A DNA stretch of 52,421 nucleotides. Origin: a virus (lineage: Duplodnaviria; Caudoviricetes). The notes below the pieces were generated by a model, which saw only the letters and a program-made list of their open reading frames with translations, did not search any database and had not been told where the DNA came from. Position 1 is the first letter of the stretch, and each line of letters starts with the position of its first letter. This document shows positions 35,333 through 45,458 of the stretch, one piece after another. The stretch covers positions 1 to 52,421 of IMG/VR virus record IMGVR_UViG_3300025891_000058, one strand, 5' to 3'. The translations under genes and the position numbers were made by a program.

Positions 35333-38300
35333 TTAAATAGTTGCGTGATAAGTTACTTTTGTATTCCCGTTTATGGCCTTCAATTCAATGACTGCATTTT
35401 TAAGCTCTGACACTGTATCTGCCGTGTTCTTTTCGATATTGATTAGATGATCAACACCTAATTGCGAAATACTGCGAACGGCTGTTGTATCATCGGCCTG
35501 TCGTCTCATTAACCCGACAAATTCGCCCGGCGTTTCTTCGGTTATTTGACGTAAAATTGAACTTCCTGTTAATGCAGGGTTTGAAATACTAGCAGAATCA
35601 AAGATATTAAACCCAGCGTCGGCCCCGGCTTGTTTTGCGTCTGCCATTCCTTTGTTAAACTGATTAATCAATTCAGGAGACTCGTCGTAAAACTTTTGGA
35701 AATCATCTAACCATGTTTGGTCCCCAGTGACTGCATAACTGGCTACCATATTATCTTCTAATGTCTTAAATGCGCCCTCGAAGGCTTTATTAAATATCAT
35801 ATTACTCATGATATTTTCAAGTACTTTATTCACCTCTCCTTTAAATGCCATCGCTGCATCGGTCCCGTCAACGAAAGCCCCTACTAAAGCATCACGCAAT
35901 CCATTACCTAAAGACCCGGTTAATTCAGACACAACGCTTTTTAATTGTTCTGTTGCTTTATCTGCCGCGTCTTTCCAGTCGATTAAATTTTGCAGTGTCT
36001 GTTTTGTCGCTTCGGTTACTTTATTATTGGCGACTAATGTTTTAGCTAAATCAGCGTTAAACTCTCCATTTGCTTTGATCAGGTCTGGATATGTTTCCAA
36101 AAGAGGCGCAACGATATCTTTTTTCTTTTTTGCAAATAGTCCAGTAAGCGCTCCAACTACGCCTCCTACAGCCGCACCTATTACCGTACCAATCACGGGT
36201 ACAATAGAGCCAATTCCGGCGCCCAATGCTACGCCCGCGCCAATTCCACCTAAAACATTCCCTCCTGAAATAACATTCTTTTTTCCGACAATAGCCTCCG
36301 ACGAAAAGAATTTTTTTGATTCCTCCTGATATTTCTTTTGAGCATCATTGTAAGCTAATGTTGCATCATTTAATGAGCCTTCGTAGTCCTTTAAAAATAC
36401 GCTTCCGTGAATGTCTGAATTAATCCGCAACTGGTCATTTAAAAGCAGATTGTATTCCTGTTGTTGTGATATAATGTTAGCGTAATATTCATCCATTACG
36501 CGTTTATTTTCCGATACTTGGCCCGCTACTATTCCAATCAATTGAGAGGCGCCGGATATGGCTGCATTAATTGCATTATCCTTCGTCATTCCCTTTGAAG
36601 TGAACGCGCCAGCCTTTACTAAATTCCCAATATCTTCAGCTACCTTGCCAACACCCGATAACATATCTGCCAATCCTGAATTTGAATCACCTATTGACTG
36701 CGATAACTGATTTGCAGCATCTGCAACCTCATAAAAATTACCGGCTAACTGCTTTGCCTTCTCTTTCTCGCTTTCGAGTATTTTATCTATTTTTTTATTG
36801 TTTGTCTCAATGCTTTTCCTTGCATCGTCAATAGTATCTTGTTTCTTGTATTTTGTGGGGTCTTTAGTTTTTACTGTTTGACCGGAATACATATCGATAT
36901 AATCCAATTCAGCCTTACTACTGTATTTTGCCTCGAAAATAGCCAGATCGATAGTTTTTTGCTTCGCTTCGTTTATTTTTTGTAGTGCAACTAATTCAGC
37001 GGCTAAAAGTTTTAGTTTTTCGCCTGTTGCCGTTTTCATTGCTTCGAGGATTTGCTTTTCCTGGTCAACTTCTTTTTTAGTCTTCTCTTCTTTTATCCCA
37101 AGCTGATCTTTCAATCCTTTAATGACGGCCTCTTGGTCTGCAATGGCCTTTAATGGATCTTCGCCTTTTGTCTTATCGAATTGTTTTGTTTGAAGCGAAA
37201 CTAATTCCTTTTCTGCAATAACCAGGTCTCCCCTTAATTTTATACGCTGTTGTTCTGTATTTATATATTCAGGTTTCTGTTTAACTGATTCATTTACTTT
37301 TGCTGTTACATCAAAGGCATTTTTTACAGCATCAACTTGGGCGTTATAGTTGACTAATACGCTTTTAAGCGTACCGATCATATTGTTTTGAATCCATTGG
37401 CCTTTAAATAGCGGAGTTTGGGTTTTCTTCACAAACTCATCCAATTCAGCGTATGCTTTGGCTCTTTCAGTTTTATCAATTGCAAATTTTACATTGTAAA
37501 TCAATGGCTGTATTTGCATCTCAAATTTAGCGGCCTCTTCAGCTCCAAATTTATTTTTTATTTGCTCTTTCGTACCTCCGATATAATCGCTTATCGTAGT
37601 ACTGGTATTTTTACCAATTTCCGTAATGCTCTGATCTCGAATTTTAAGCTGAATATTTTCTCTGATTCCATCATTAACCGCCTGTTGTGCTATTGCTTGG
37701 TCTTTAGTTCCCAGTAGTTCACTTTGTTGCCCAGTTAAGTATGATCCATATTGGCTAATTATTGCATCTTTGGCTTTTTTCCATGCGTCTGTTCCCTCTT
37801 TTGCCAATCCCATAGCAGCAAATAATTCATCTGCCTTATCTGTTTCGTTAGATATTTCAACGTTTGATTTATTAATTGATTTTTCTAAATCTGTTTCGTA
37901 GGTTACTAATTTATAAACAGCATACGATAAAGCCGCCACTGCCATTGCTGCTAACACATACGGATTAGCCAACATTGATTTATTTAATGCCTCGTTAGTT
38001 GCAAGTCTTCGCTCTTCTACTGCCCATAATCGTGCCTCTGACAGTGTTAAAACTCCATTGCTCGACGCTGCTATTGCTGTCGATGCTGCCATTAATGTCT
38101 GCTCACGAGCTACAAGCATAACAGCTAATTTGTAAGCCCCGAATACCGTAATTAATCCGCCAAAAACTTCCCCGACTGTTTTGTAATTTGTAATTAAACT
38201 GGCAATGCCTGAAATGCCTGAATAGATTAATCCCTCGTTTGCTTTACCAATATCATTTAGCATTACCTGCCATTTATCCGTTAAGTTGGATATCTGACCA

Positions 38301-38998
38301 GTCACGGAGGCATTTTGTTTCTCCATTAGGTTGTAAAACCTTCCACCCTCACCTGACATTGACTTAAATGCAGCTTCAACTAAAGGGAAACCAATTTGCC
38401 CGGCGGTAACCATACCCTGAATCTCGTCTTTTGACTTACCCATGTTTTTAGCCAGTTCATCAACTAAAGGAATCCCAGCCATTGCAAAGTCACGCAGTTC
38501 ACGACCCTGTAATTTACCCATCACTGCAACCTGACCATAATTGATAGCCACACGTGAAATAGGAACAGATACGCCCGCCGCAACGTCTCCTAGGGCTTTC
38601 ATCGTCCCCATCACGTTTTCGGTAGCGATACCCATTGCCATTAACTGCTTTATGTTGGTAGCTACATCTGCAAGGGTAAATGGAGTTTTTGCTGCAAAGG
38701 TTACAGCTTCATTCATTAATTTGTCGGCCTTATCTTTACTGCCAAGCATGGTCTCAAAGGCTATTCCAAGCTGCTGAAATTGACCCCTGACATTGATAAC
38801 CTCCATGCCAAACTCTTTCAGCTTTCCGGCGCCAAAATAAACCGCTAATCCTGCACCTAACTTATTCATTGCGGAATCAACCCCAGATACCTGACCCTCA
38901 ACGCCTCGTGCCCATGCCCCGACCTGTTGATTTGATGCCGTTAATGCAGATTGTAATTGGGCGGTATTCAAAGTGGCTGAAAACTGTACGGCGCTCAT
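35333..38998 (-). CDS. Tape measure protein
   Basis: 1221 aa, Ala-rich helical; AFETMLGS...AAKTPF...LGDVAAG...YGQV tape-measure domain. Confidence 0.95.
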   Translation of the reverse strand: MSAVQFSATLNTAQLQSALTASNQQVGAWARGVEGQVSGVDSAMNKLGAGLAVYFGAGKLKEFGMEVINVRGQFQQLGIAFETMLGSKDKADKLMNEAVTFAAKTPFTLADVATNIKQLMAMGIATENVMGTMKALGDVAAGVSVPISRVAINYGQVAVMGKLQGRELRDFAMAGIPLVDELAKNMGKSKDEIQGMVTAGQIGFPLVEAAFKSMSGEGGRFYNLMEKQNASVTGQISNLTDKWQVMLNDIGKANEGLIYSGISGIASLITNYKTVGEVFGGLITVFGAYKLAVMLVAREQTLMAASTAIAASSNGVLTLSEARLWAVEERRLATNEALNKSMLANPYVLAAMAVAALSYAVYKLVTYETDLEKSINKSNVEISNETDKADELFAAMGLAKEGTDAWKKAKDAIISQYGSYLTGQQSELLGTKDQAIAQQAVNDGIRENIQLKIRDQSITEIGKNTSTTISDYIGGTKEQIKNKFGAEEAAKFEMQIQPLIYNVKFAIDKTERAKAYAELDEFVKKTQTPLFKGQWIQNNMIGTLKSVLVNYNAQVDAVKNAFDVTAKVNESVKQKPEYINTEQQRIKLRGDLVIAEKELVSLQTKQFDKTKGEDPLKAIADQEAVIKGLKDQLGIKEEKTKKEVDQEKQILEAMKTATGEKLKLLAAELVALQKINEAKQKTIDLAIFEAKYSSKAELDYIDMYSGQTVKTKDPTKYKKQDTIDDARKSIETNNKKIDKILESEKEKAKQLAGNFYEVADAANQLSQSIGDSNSGLADMLSGVGKVAEDIGNLVKAGAFTSKGMTKDNAINAAISGASQLIGIVAGQVSENKRVMDEYYANIISQQQEYNLLLNDQLRINSDIHGSVFLKDYEGSLNDATLAYNDAQKKYQEESKKFFSSEAIVGKKNVISGGNVLGGIGAGVALGAGIGSIVPVIGTVIGAAVGGVVGALTGLFAKKKKDIVAPLLETYPDLIKANGEFNADLAKTLVANNKVTEATKQTLQNLIDWKDAADKATEQLKSVVSELTGSLGNGLRDALVGAFVDGTDAAMAFKGEVNKVLENIMSNMIFNKAFEGAFKTLEDNMVASYAVTGDQTWLDDFQKFYDESPELINQFNKGMADAKQAGADAGFNIFDSASISNPALTGSSILRQITEETPGEFVGLMRRQADDTTAVRSISQLGVDHLINIEKNTADTVSELKNAVIELKAINGNTKVTYHATI

Positions 38999-39002
38999 AG
39001 TT

Positions 39003-39206
39003 TTATTCTTTAGTGTATTTACTCAGGAAATTACCGGCTTGTATCGGGTCTGAAATAATGGTTTTTTTCTTGCTATCATAGTAGGGAAAGTCCGCGGATT
39101 CGATTTGTGTTAATATCCAGGGCCTGTTCATAATCTCTTCATGTGAAAGTCCAAGTTTTACCCTCATCATTGCTATTTGACCCATTATCGAATCACCGCC
39201 ACGCAT
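39003..39206 (-). CDS. Tail assembly chaperone gpT part (reached by -1 frameshift)
   Basis: The -1 frame is open from the T10 run at 39266-39275 into this ORF. Confidence 0.8.
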   Translation of the reverse strand: MRGGDSIMGQIAMMRVKLGLSHEEIMNRPWILTQIESADFPYYDSKKKTIISDPIQAGNFLSKYTKE

Positions 39207-39211
39207 TCCCC

Positions 39212-39628
39212 CTACTGACTTGGTTTCTTCTTCAATAAATTCAGGCTCTTTGCCGATCCCATAATAAAAAAAAAACGTTCGGCTGATGACTGTTTGATAA
39301 CAAGCGAAAAAAGTGTTTGAATATCTTCAAGTTGTAAATCCATTATGGCATTAGTGACGATTCGCATGTGATTGGTTCCAGTTGCAATAGAGATAGATCG
39401 ACAAATAAGTTTTAATCCGTCAGCATGTTTCATTAAAGATTGAAATACTGTTTCTGACTCATCTTCAATGTCCGTTAACTGGCATATTTCACCACCTATT
39501 TGTATTAATTGCTTTGCGCTTAGCGGTTTGATAGATAATTTCCAATTAACACCTAAGTATTTAATAACAAATTGATCTTTTTCCCCAGCTATGCCAAGAA
39601 TCACATTTTTAACTTCGTTTTCCATCAT
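39212..39628 (-). CDS. Tail assembly chaperone gpG
   Basis: Between tail tube and tape measure; slippery T run (RFFF) near its end. Confidence 0.85.
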   Translation of the reverse strand: MMENEVKNVILGIAGEKDQFVIKYLGVNWKLSIKPLSAKQLIQIGGEICQLTDIEDESETVFQSLMKHADGLKLICRSISIATGTNHMRIVTNAIMDLQLEDIQTLFSLVIKQSSAERFFFIMGSAKSLNLLKKKPSQ

Positions 39629-39636
39629 TGGATTTT

Positions 39637-39670
39637 AAAAAAAGTAGCCCCATTACTGAGGCTTACTTTT
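39637..39670 (-). terminator. Intrinsic terminator after the tail tube gene
   Basis: AGTAAGCC...GGCTAC followed by T7. Confidence 0.65.
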
Positions 39671-40178
39671 ATTGTGCTTTAGAATACTCAGCGTCACCGG
39701 AAAGATCAGCAGTAAGATTAACCTTTGCTTTGATTTCCCACATGAACATCTTATCGCGTCCACCAGCCCCAATGATACGAGTCGAACAGTTAGCATTGAA
39801 GATATTCATAACGTCGCCTGAAGCGAATGTAATCTCGATAGCCTTGTTGACCTCTGTATACCCAGTCGAAGGTACGAACTTATCAAATCCACCTGCTGTC
39901 GGAGCTGTTCCACCTTTAAAGATTGCAAGCGTAGTATAAGTCATATCGTAAAACTGAGCGGTAACGGTTGTATCACCTTCCTGAGTTTTAACGGTCTTGA
40001 CTGGACTTCTACGGGTTTCAGTGAAAAAGTCGGTGTAAGTCCCTTCGGTTTCTTCGATTACTAAAGACCCTTTTACTGGATCAGGTAGTAGTGTCATGCT
40101 TCCTGATGCTGGCATTGTGTTTGTTCCTGTCGGTGTTCCGTATTTTAACGTAGTAACCGCATAAATGTATTTAGCCAT
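39669..40178 (-). CDS. Major tail tube protein
   Basis: Synteny, size, T/G-rich beta composition, terminator after the gene. Confidence 0.8.
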   Translation of the reverse strand: MAKYIYAVTTLKYGTPTGTNTMPASGSMTLLPDPVKGSLVIEETEGTYTDFFTETRRSPVKTVKTQEGDTTVTAQFYDMTYTTLAIFKGGTAPTAGGFDKFVPSTGYTEVNKAIEITFASGDVMNIFNANCSTRIIGAGGRDKMFMWEIKAKVNLTADLSGDAEYSKAQ

Positions 40179-40182
40179 TCTT

Positions 40183-40560
40183 TTAATTTATTTGTTTGAA
40201 TGAAAATTTTAAATTTGAATAATGTTCATTTTGCCCCGGTTCCCGTTCATCATACTGACCTTCGAAGTCAATTAAATATCCCGTTCCGTTTGCTTGTTTT
40301 AAGATATCCATTACACTCGATTCGCCGGCTTTAATCTTCGATGTATCCGGAGCGCCTGGTATGATATCTTTAACATGATAATTGACATTTACATGGCAAA
40401 TCTGCATCACATTGGCATCAATACCCAAAGTATTAACCACGATATATTCAGGCGGTTGTAAATTGTCCGGCTTTGTATGTGGGTACTTTGGAACAGATAT
40501 TGAAACTAAAAGCCCCATTACTGTATCAATTATTTGACTGCCTGTCTTGAATGTTGCCAT
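40183..40560 (-). CDS. Tail terminator / completion protein
   Basis: Synteny; EYIVVNTL...VNVNYHV. Confidence 0.65.
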   Translation of the reverse strand: MATFKTGSQIIDTVMGLLVSISVPKYPHTKPDNLQPPEYIVVNTLGIDANVMQICHVNVNYHVKDIIPGAPDTSKIKAGESSVMDILKQANGTGYLIDFEGQYDEREPGQNEHYSNLKFSFKQIN

Positions 40561-40997
40561 TACCTGTCGATATATTTTTGAATCTCTTTAAAATAACCTG
40601 TTAAATCAATAATACATTGGTCTGCCTGTATTGTAATCACATTATAACCCTTGCTTTCAACTGTCGAGGCGTAGTTCATCCCTGCTATTCCGATCAACTG
40701 ATACCCGTCTTTAATGTATGGCTGTATCGATTGCATGTTTAATCCCGTAAATTGAGAATCGTACTGTTCAATTATTTCGCCATCCAAAAGAATAAAGTAC
40801 TGAGTTGAGTTCCTTAGGTTTGTCGATTTATCATCATAAAAACCCTGTGGATGTCCTCCCGGCTGTTTTCTAACTGACTTAATAAACTTTAACCCTGCCA
40901 TATGAAAGGCTACAACTATTCGCTGATTGATCTTTTCGGCCTGAGCCTGTAAATCTCTCATTGAAGCTGCTGAATTCCAGTTTGATTTCAGAGCCAT
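40560..40997 (-). CDS. Neck protein (HK97 gp10-like)
   Basis: YDDKSTNLRNS...IAGMNYASTVESKGYNV. Confidence 0.75.
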   Translation of the reverse strand: MALKSNWNSAASMRDLQAQAEKINQRIVVAFHMAGLKFIKSVRKQPGGHPQGFYDDKSTNLRNSTQYFILLDGEIIEQYDSQFTGLNMQSIQPYIKDGYQLIGIAGMNYASTVESKGYNVITIQADQCIIDLTGYFKEIQKYIDR

Positions 40998-41305
40998 AAT
41001 CTACTATTTAACTGACCATTGAAAGAACGCTTAACTGAACCCTTTATTACCCCGTTTGATAAACTGCTTAAGGTGAATGTAGATCCTACTGGAATAACGG
41101 TTGTCATCAATGGAAGAAAGCAATTAAACACGTAATCAATCAATATACCGTCCTGTCCTGCCACCTTTCGCGCTTGGGTATTTACTTCTACTCTGCAATC
41201 TAAAGTATAAACAGTATTGGTTCCCGCTGTCCATTCGCCTGTTGTGGTGTTTTGTGTCGGTGTTCCAAGAACTGTTATAACTATCGAATCAGGATATTGT
41301 ACCAT
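40988..41305 (-). CDS. Head closure / head-tail adaptor
   Basis: Synteny; QYP...CRVE...GQLNSRLWL. Confidence 0.65.
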   Translation of the reverse strand: MVQYPDSIVITVLGTPTQNTTTGEWTAGTNTVYTLDCRVEVNTQARKVAGQDGILIDYVFNCFLPLMTTVIPVGSTFTLSSLSNGVIKGSVKRSFNGQLNSRLWL

Positions 41306-41306
41306 T

Positions 41307-41609
41307 TTACCAAACGTTTATAAATGTTGCTTTTGGCGACAAAGGACTAGTTAACCCATTCTTTGCAAAGATCGAATCCGCAAATTGAATAAGCAGCTTC
41401 TTTTCAGTCATACTGATCTGATAACCACCCTCGGTAATATTCGGACTTGAAACTAAAGTATAGCAAAGATCAGCGTAAACCAATTCAAGAGACTTTTTGT
41501 CAGAATAAACATCGGACGAAGTTAGTCCTCGATCCTGTAACGCTAAAATAAAAGCGTTTTCAGATAGCGGGTAGTTTAACTTTGCCTTTATTGCTTCTAA
41601 ATTTGTCAT
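41307..41609 (-). CDS. Head-tail connector (DUF6706-like)
   Basis: MTNLEAIKA...PNITEGGYQIS; first gene after capsid. Confidence 0.7.
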   Translation of the reverse strand: MTNLEAIKAKLNYPLSENAFILALQDRGLTSSDVYSDKKSLELVYADLCYTLVSSPNITEGGYQISMTEKKLLIQFADSIFAKNGLTSPLSPKATFINVW

Positions 41610-41623
41610 TGATTTAACTTTAA

Positions 41624-41641
41624 GGGAGGCGTGAACCTCCC
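41624..41641 (-). terminator. Hairpin / terminator after the capsid gene
   Basis: GGGAGG-TTCACG-CCTCCC with a short U tract. Confidence 0.55.
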
Positions 41642-41648
41642 GTTGAGA

Positions 41649-42707
41649 TTATGCCCAGGTTGTAGTACTTCCAGTGTAAAGATTGATACACTGGTTAACT
41701 TTTGGCCACGATGGGAAAACATTACATTCGCCTTTGGTGACTACTTTAACCGGGTTAAATGATTTTTGTATTGATACTAAAACATTTCCTTTCTTGGATT
41801 GAATCACGCCGTCTGGTTTCTCAATCTCTTCCGCAATTGGTCCGTTAAACATGTTACCCTGAGAAATTTCAGGAACAAAAAGAATATGCGTATCAGACCA
41901 CGGATTAGTTGGAGTTACGACTCCAGCTTTATTTTCAATGCCAATGTAAGTATCTATGATTATAATAGAAGGCAATCCACGAGCAGTAAGCAGTCTATTG
42001 ACTGAAGCTATGTCGATAGGGCTAACAACGTTATTAAGACCTGTAAACATTGCAATTAGCTCAGTTCCTGCGATGCCAAGATCATAGGCATTTTGCGACA
42101 TCAAAGCATATTGGAATTTCAATCCTAATGGCCTTCCAGCTTTTGCAACTGCTGTAAAATCAGTAACCAATTTAGCTGCGTTAGTTGCGTAAACTGCGGA
42201 AACTACTTTTTTGTTTGCATCATTCATGCCAAAATCAATCACCGTTTCATTAACGATACCCTGAGGGTTATTGGTTGTTGATAGCTGAATTTTGGTTAAG
42301 CTCATGGCCTGTAGTGCAAACCACTCTTCACGTGCATTAACTGAGTCATTTACAAAGTCGATGTCATTAAAGTAATCTTCTACGACTGCATTTTGTCCCT
42401 GTACTGCTTTTGTAATCGCATGTTCGAGTATTTCCTTTTCTGTTTTAACCCGGCTTTGTGCTGTTTTCGGGATATCGAAATACTGAGTAGCCGTCACTTT
42501 ACGTCCTGCTTCCGGCGCTTTCACATCATACGAAATAACGTGAGCCGCTACACGTGAGCCCTCGGCTCCGATAAGCGTTTTTGCATCCAATGAATTTACA
42601 TTTTTCAAAGGGAAAAAAGTAGGCCAATAAAGTGCATTATACACTCTTTTCTGTAGGTAAGAATCAACCGTCTGTTGGTTTAAACCTTCTGTAATTGCTG
42701 TTTTCAT
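41649..42707 (-). CDS. Major capsid protein (lambda gpE-like family)
   Basis: 352 aa; FFP...AAHVISYD...IPK...R.EW...QA...IDFG pattern; synteny. Confidence 0.9.
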   Translation of the reverse strand: MKTAITEGLNQQTVDSYLQKRVYNALYWPTFFPLKNVNSLDAKTLIGAEGSRVAAHVISYDVKAPEAGRKVTATQYFDIPKTAQSRVKTEKEILEHAITKAVQGQNAVVEDYFNDIDFVNDSVNAREEWFALQAMSLTKIQLSTTNNPQGIVNETVIDFGMNDANKKVVSAVYATNAAKLVTDFTAVAKAGRPLGLKFQYALMSQNAYDLGIAGTELIAMFTGLNNVVSPIDIASVNRLLTARGLPSIIIIDTYIGIENKAGVVTPTNPWSDTHILFVPEISQGNMFNGPIAEEIEKPDGVIQSKKGNVLVSIQKSFNPVKVVTKGECNVFPSWPKVNQCINLYTGSTTTWA

Positions 42708-42718
42708 AATTTAAACGA

Positions 42719-43330
42719 TTAAACGGTGAATGTTATTAGTGATGTTCCGGTACCTGATGCACCTCCGCGAAGAGCAACTTTGTAAAGTGCGTTTACCGGG
42801 AATGTAAGCGCTGATTCACGAACTGAACCCATAGTTACTACACCAACGTCTGCATTGCCGTCTCCGATCCAACAGTTATCTTTTGTAACTCCGTTTGGAG
42901 TGAATAGTAGAACTGCCGATGTTCCAGATACAGAACCTTCGCCATACTTTGTGCCCTCGGCATAAACAAGAGCCTCAGCAGTTGCAAGAGTGTCGAAACT
43001 TGCATCGGTGGTAGTAATTCCGGTAATAGCCGAACTTTTAACACCATCATTTAGAAAATCACCTACTTTAAAGTGATTGTTTTTTGGAACCTTAATAGCT
43101 TGCGCGGTCGTTCCAAGCAACGCGATAACTGATTTGCATACGTCGGCAGTCCTTGCAGCCCTGTCAATATAAACGGGTGTACCTGCCGGAAGTTCGCGCT
43201 TATCTACATTGGTATTCACTGTTAAGGAATCCAAACGCGCGGTCTTCAAACTAACACCACCGATGACTTCATCTATGATTGACTCAAAGATTACTTTCTT
43301 GCCACCGAAAGATTTTGATGTTATTGTCAT
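42719..43330 (-). CDS. Head decoration / head fibre protein
   Basis: Between scaffold and capsid; IGGVSL...LPAGTP. Confidence 0.7.
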   Translation of the reverse strand: MTITSKSFGGKKVIFESIIDEVIGGVSLKTARLDSLTVNTNVDKRELPAGTPVYIDRAARTADVCKSVIALLGTTAQAIKVPKNNHFKVGDFLNDGVKSSAITGITTTDASFDTLATAEALVYAEGTKYGEGSVSGTSAVLLFTPNGVTKDNCWIGDGNADVGVVTMGSVRESALTFPVNALYKVALRGGASGTGTSLITFTV

Positions 43331-43346
43331 TTCTTAAATTTTTAAA

Positions 43347-44000
43347 TTAAACAATTTTTTTACCCTGGATGCCTTCAGACGCTCCAGTATTACGTTTTTC
43401 GGCTATTGATGCCCCTAACGCTTCGCCTTCCTTTATTCCCGCTGCCGGTGTTTTAGGAACGCTAATAAATACGCCCTGTTCTGCCATTTCCTGTTTAAAA
43501 GCGGTATAATCGCCGTCAATAGTAGTTACAAGCGTATCAATACCATCCTCTGACTCGATGAGTAGATTACGGCCTTTTAGATATGATTCCGGGATACCCT
43601 TTTCTTTCAATTTAGCCGTAACTTTTCCGGTTAATTGAGCTGTGGTCTTCTCTTTGTCATATCCTTCGAGTTTAGTTTTTAAACTCAATGTTTCCTGATC
43701 TTGTTTTTCGCGATAGGATTTGAACCATTCCGGTTCGTTCGGGTCGGCTGGTTTTTCTGCCGGCTTTTCTGCTGGTTTGTCAGCAGGCTTTACTTTTTTT
43801 ACAGCCTCAGCGGTCACGTGGTTAATATTGCCGTCAATAGCTTGTAAAATAGGTTTTTGAAGTTCAATCGCAGCATCAATTTGGCTTTCTTCGGTCACTG
43901 TTGCTGATAGGTTGTCTGCCATAATTTGCAGAGTCTTGTCTGATATGCTCGTGGTAGCTCCACAAACAACTTTTAAAGCGGAAAAGATTTTTTCTTTCAT
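43347..44000 (-). CDS. Capsid scaffolding protein
   Basis: MKEKIFSALK start; PAEK linker, PEWF, coiled coil; promoter box at 44020-44027. Confidence 0.8.
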   Translation of the reverse strand: MKEKIFSALKVVCGATTSISDKTLQIMADNLSATVTEESQIDAAIELQKPILQAIDGNINHVTAEAVKKVKPADKPAEKPAEKPADPNEPEWFKSYREKQDQETLSLKTKLEGYDKEKTTAQLTGKVTAKLKEKGIPESYLKGRNLLIESEDGIDTLVTTIDGDYTAFKQEMAEQGVFISVPKTPAAGIKEGEALGASIAEKRNTGASEGIQGKKIV

Positions 44001-44019
44001 GTGTTTTTTAATTATTAGG

Positions 44020-44084
44020 CAAATATAATTAATTTTCACATAAAAAAATATTTTAACATTTATTTTTCATGTTATACAACATGT
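44020..44084 (-). promoter_or_regulatory. Capsid-operon promoter (TATATTTG) with operator copy 5 (TCATGTT-atac-AACATGT, 44067-44084)
   Basis: Consensus -7 box and dyad. Confidence 0.7.
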
Positions 44085-44101
44085 TTTTTAGAACAGGTCA
44101 C

Positions 44102-44130
44102 AAAAAAACCGGACAAAGTTAATTATCCGG
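44102..44130 (-). terminator. Intrinsic terminator closing the accessory island
   Basis: ACCGGATAA...TTGTCCGG followed by T7. Confidence 0.75.
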
Positions 44131-44224
44131 TCGTTTTACCTTATTGGTTGGGTTTATTTCTTAAATTTATTAATGATTCGTTTTACCTTGTCGAGTGTGC
44201 TTTATTTTGGTTTTGAAGTATTTC

Positions 44225-44626
44225 TTATCGCCCCTGATTTATTCTTTGCATATTCGATTTCGACCATTTTTCACCATCTCTTATTTTTATCTTTTTTTCA
44301 AGAATTCTCGACTCGGTCTTCATTAATTGCTTATTATAATTATAAGGATTCCTATTTTTGGAATAATCTGTAATTTTAGAATTTATGATTTCGTGCAATT
44401 CAAGGTTGGTTCCTGGTTTTTGAATTCTATGGTCCACGTGCTCACATATTATATGCAATTCCTTTAATATCTCATCATTAAACGATAATCCATCCATGCC
44501 ATAATATACCCATCTTAAATATCGAGTGTGTTTTAGGTCGAATATCTGCCTTATACTTAAATCTGCATGTTTTCCAAACCCTATCACCGACTTCCACGCC
44601 ATAGTCCTTAATCTTATTGCATCCAT
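44225..44626 (-). CDS. Protein with an FGKH...YLRW motif (ExoX C-terminal / DUF3820-like)
   Basis: IGFGKHADLSIRQI...YLRW. Confidence 0.6.
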   Translation of the reverse strand: MDAIRLRTMAWKSVIGFGKHADLSIRQIFDLKHTRYLRWVYYGMDGLSFNDEILKELHIICEHVDHRIQKPGTNLELHEIINSKITDYSKNRNPYNYNKQLMKTESRILEKKIKIRDGEKWSKSNMQRINQGR

Positions 44627-44982
44627 TTCTTAAATTTATTAATGATTCGTTTCCAAAATCTCGTAATTCGATTAACCTTGTAATATTCCAATGTGTTCAT
44701 AATCGTATCGTCAACCATTACATGTATAAAATGCCGTTCATGTGCTGAACATTTCGACTGTCCTGCCTCGATTAGCTTAAATTCAGACGTTAATCCCTCG
44801 ACGGTAAGCAATCCCTTAAGTTCGATATGATAAAAGGTATTACGCCTTAATTCGAGCCCCTGTGCACGGACAACTACTAACGAACAATTGCGGCGGTGTG
44901 TTTCTTCGTTTATCGCGTCATCTAACAGTATTTTAAACTGTTTATCGTTTAGGATATCGTTAATGTATGTAAATTGTTTCAT
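44614..44982 (-). CDS. Hypothetical protein
   Basis: 122-aa ORF. Confidence 0.65.
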   Translation of the reverse strand: MKQFTYINDILNDKQFKILLDDAINEETHRRNCSLVVVRAQGLELRRNTFYHIELKGLLTVEGLTSEFKLIEAGQSKCSAHERHFIHVMVDDTIMNTLEYYKVNRITRFWKRIINKFKKWMQ

Positions 44983-45027
44983 GTTTTAAGTTTATAAGTA
45001 TTATTCACAACATTTAAGTGTTATTCA

Positions 45028-45052
45028 CCGTATAGGCAGGGGTGAGGGTTAA
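45028..45052 (-). repeat. CCTATACGG-core repeat, copy 4
   Basis: Identical to 3963-3987. Confidence 0.9.
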
Positions 45053-45056
45053 AATT

Positions 45057-45458
45057 TTAAACACTGCAATTAATGCTTTCTAAATAACGGCACACAGTTA
45101 AGTAATCGCCGAACTCGTCGTTTAAATAACCACCCCTTCGTTTATCTAATTCGATCCCTAAATAAACATATTGGACTCTCAATTGTCCCTTTCGTTCAGA
45201 ACATGGCGAATTTTTGTATTTTTTATCACTTGACAATTCATATTTTCTCCATCCAAACTCATACATATTTAAAGGAATATTTATTCTCCTATCCTCCGAA
45301 TCTTCCAAACTCTTTAAAACAATTTCGGTATCGGTGATTTTAATTAACTCTAATTTCATTCCAATATAAGAAGCATCGCCAGAATAACCATTAGGCGGGC
45401 ATACTCTGGTGACAATACTCCCCTTCTTTATTTTTTTAATGCTTAATATTTTAATCAT
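45057..45458 (-). CDS. Hypothetical protein (inside repeat-bounded block)
   Basis: 133-aa ORF. Confidence 0.65.
   Translation of the reverse strand: MIKILSIKKIKKGSIVTRVCPPNGYSGDASYIGMKLELIKITDTEIVLKSLEDSEDRRINIPLNMYEFGWRKYELSSDKKYKNSPCSERKGQLRVQYVYLGIELDKRRGGYLNDEFGDYLTVCRYLESINCSV

Noticed and set aside
9682-43050. Nested minus-strand ORFs 9682-9873, 11748-11936, 32390-32614, 32999-33217 and 42838-43050
   Set aside because: Alternative-frame overlaps within better-supported genes
43740-43795. PAEK/PADK repeats
   Set aside because: Ordinary low-complexity scaffold linker
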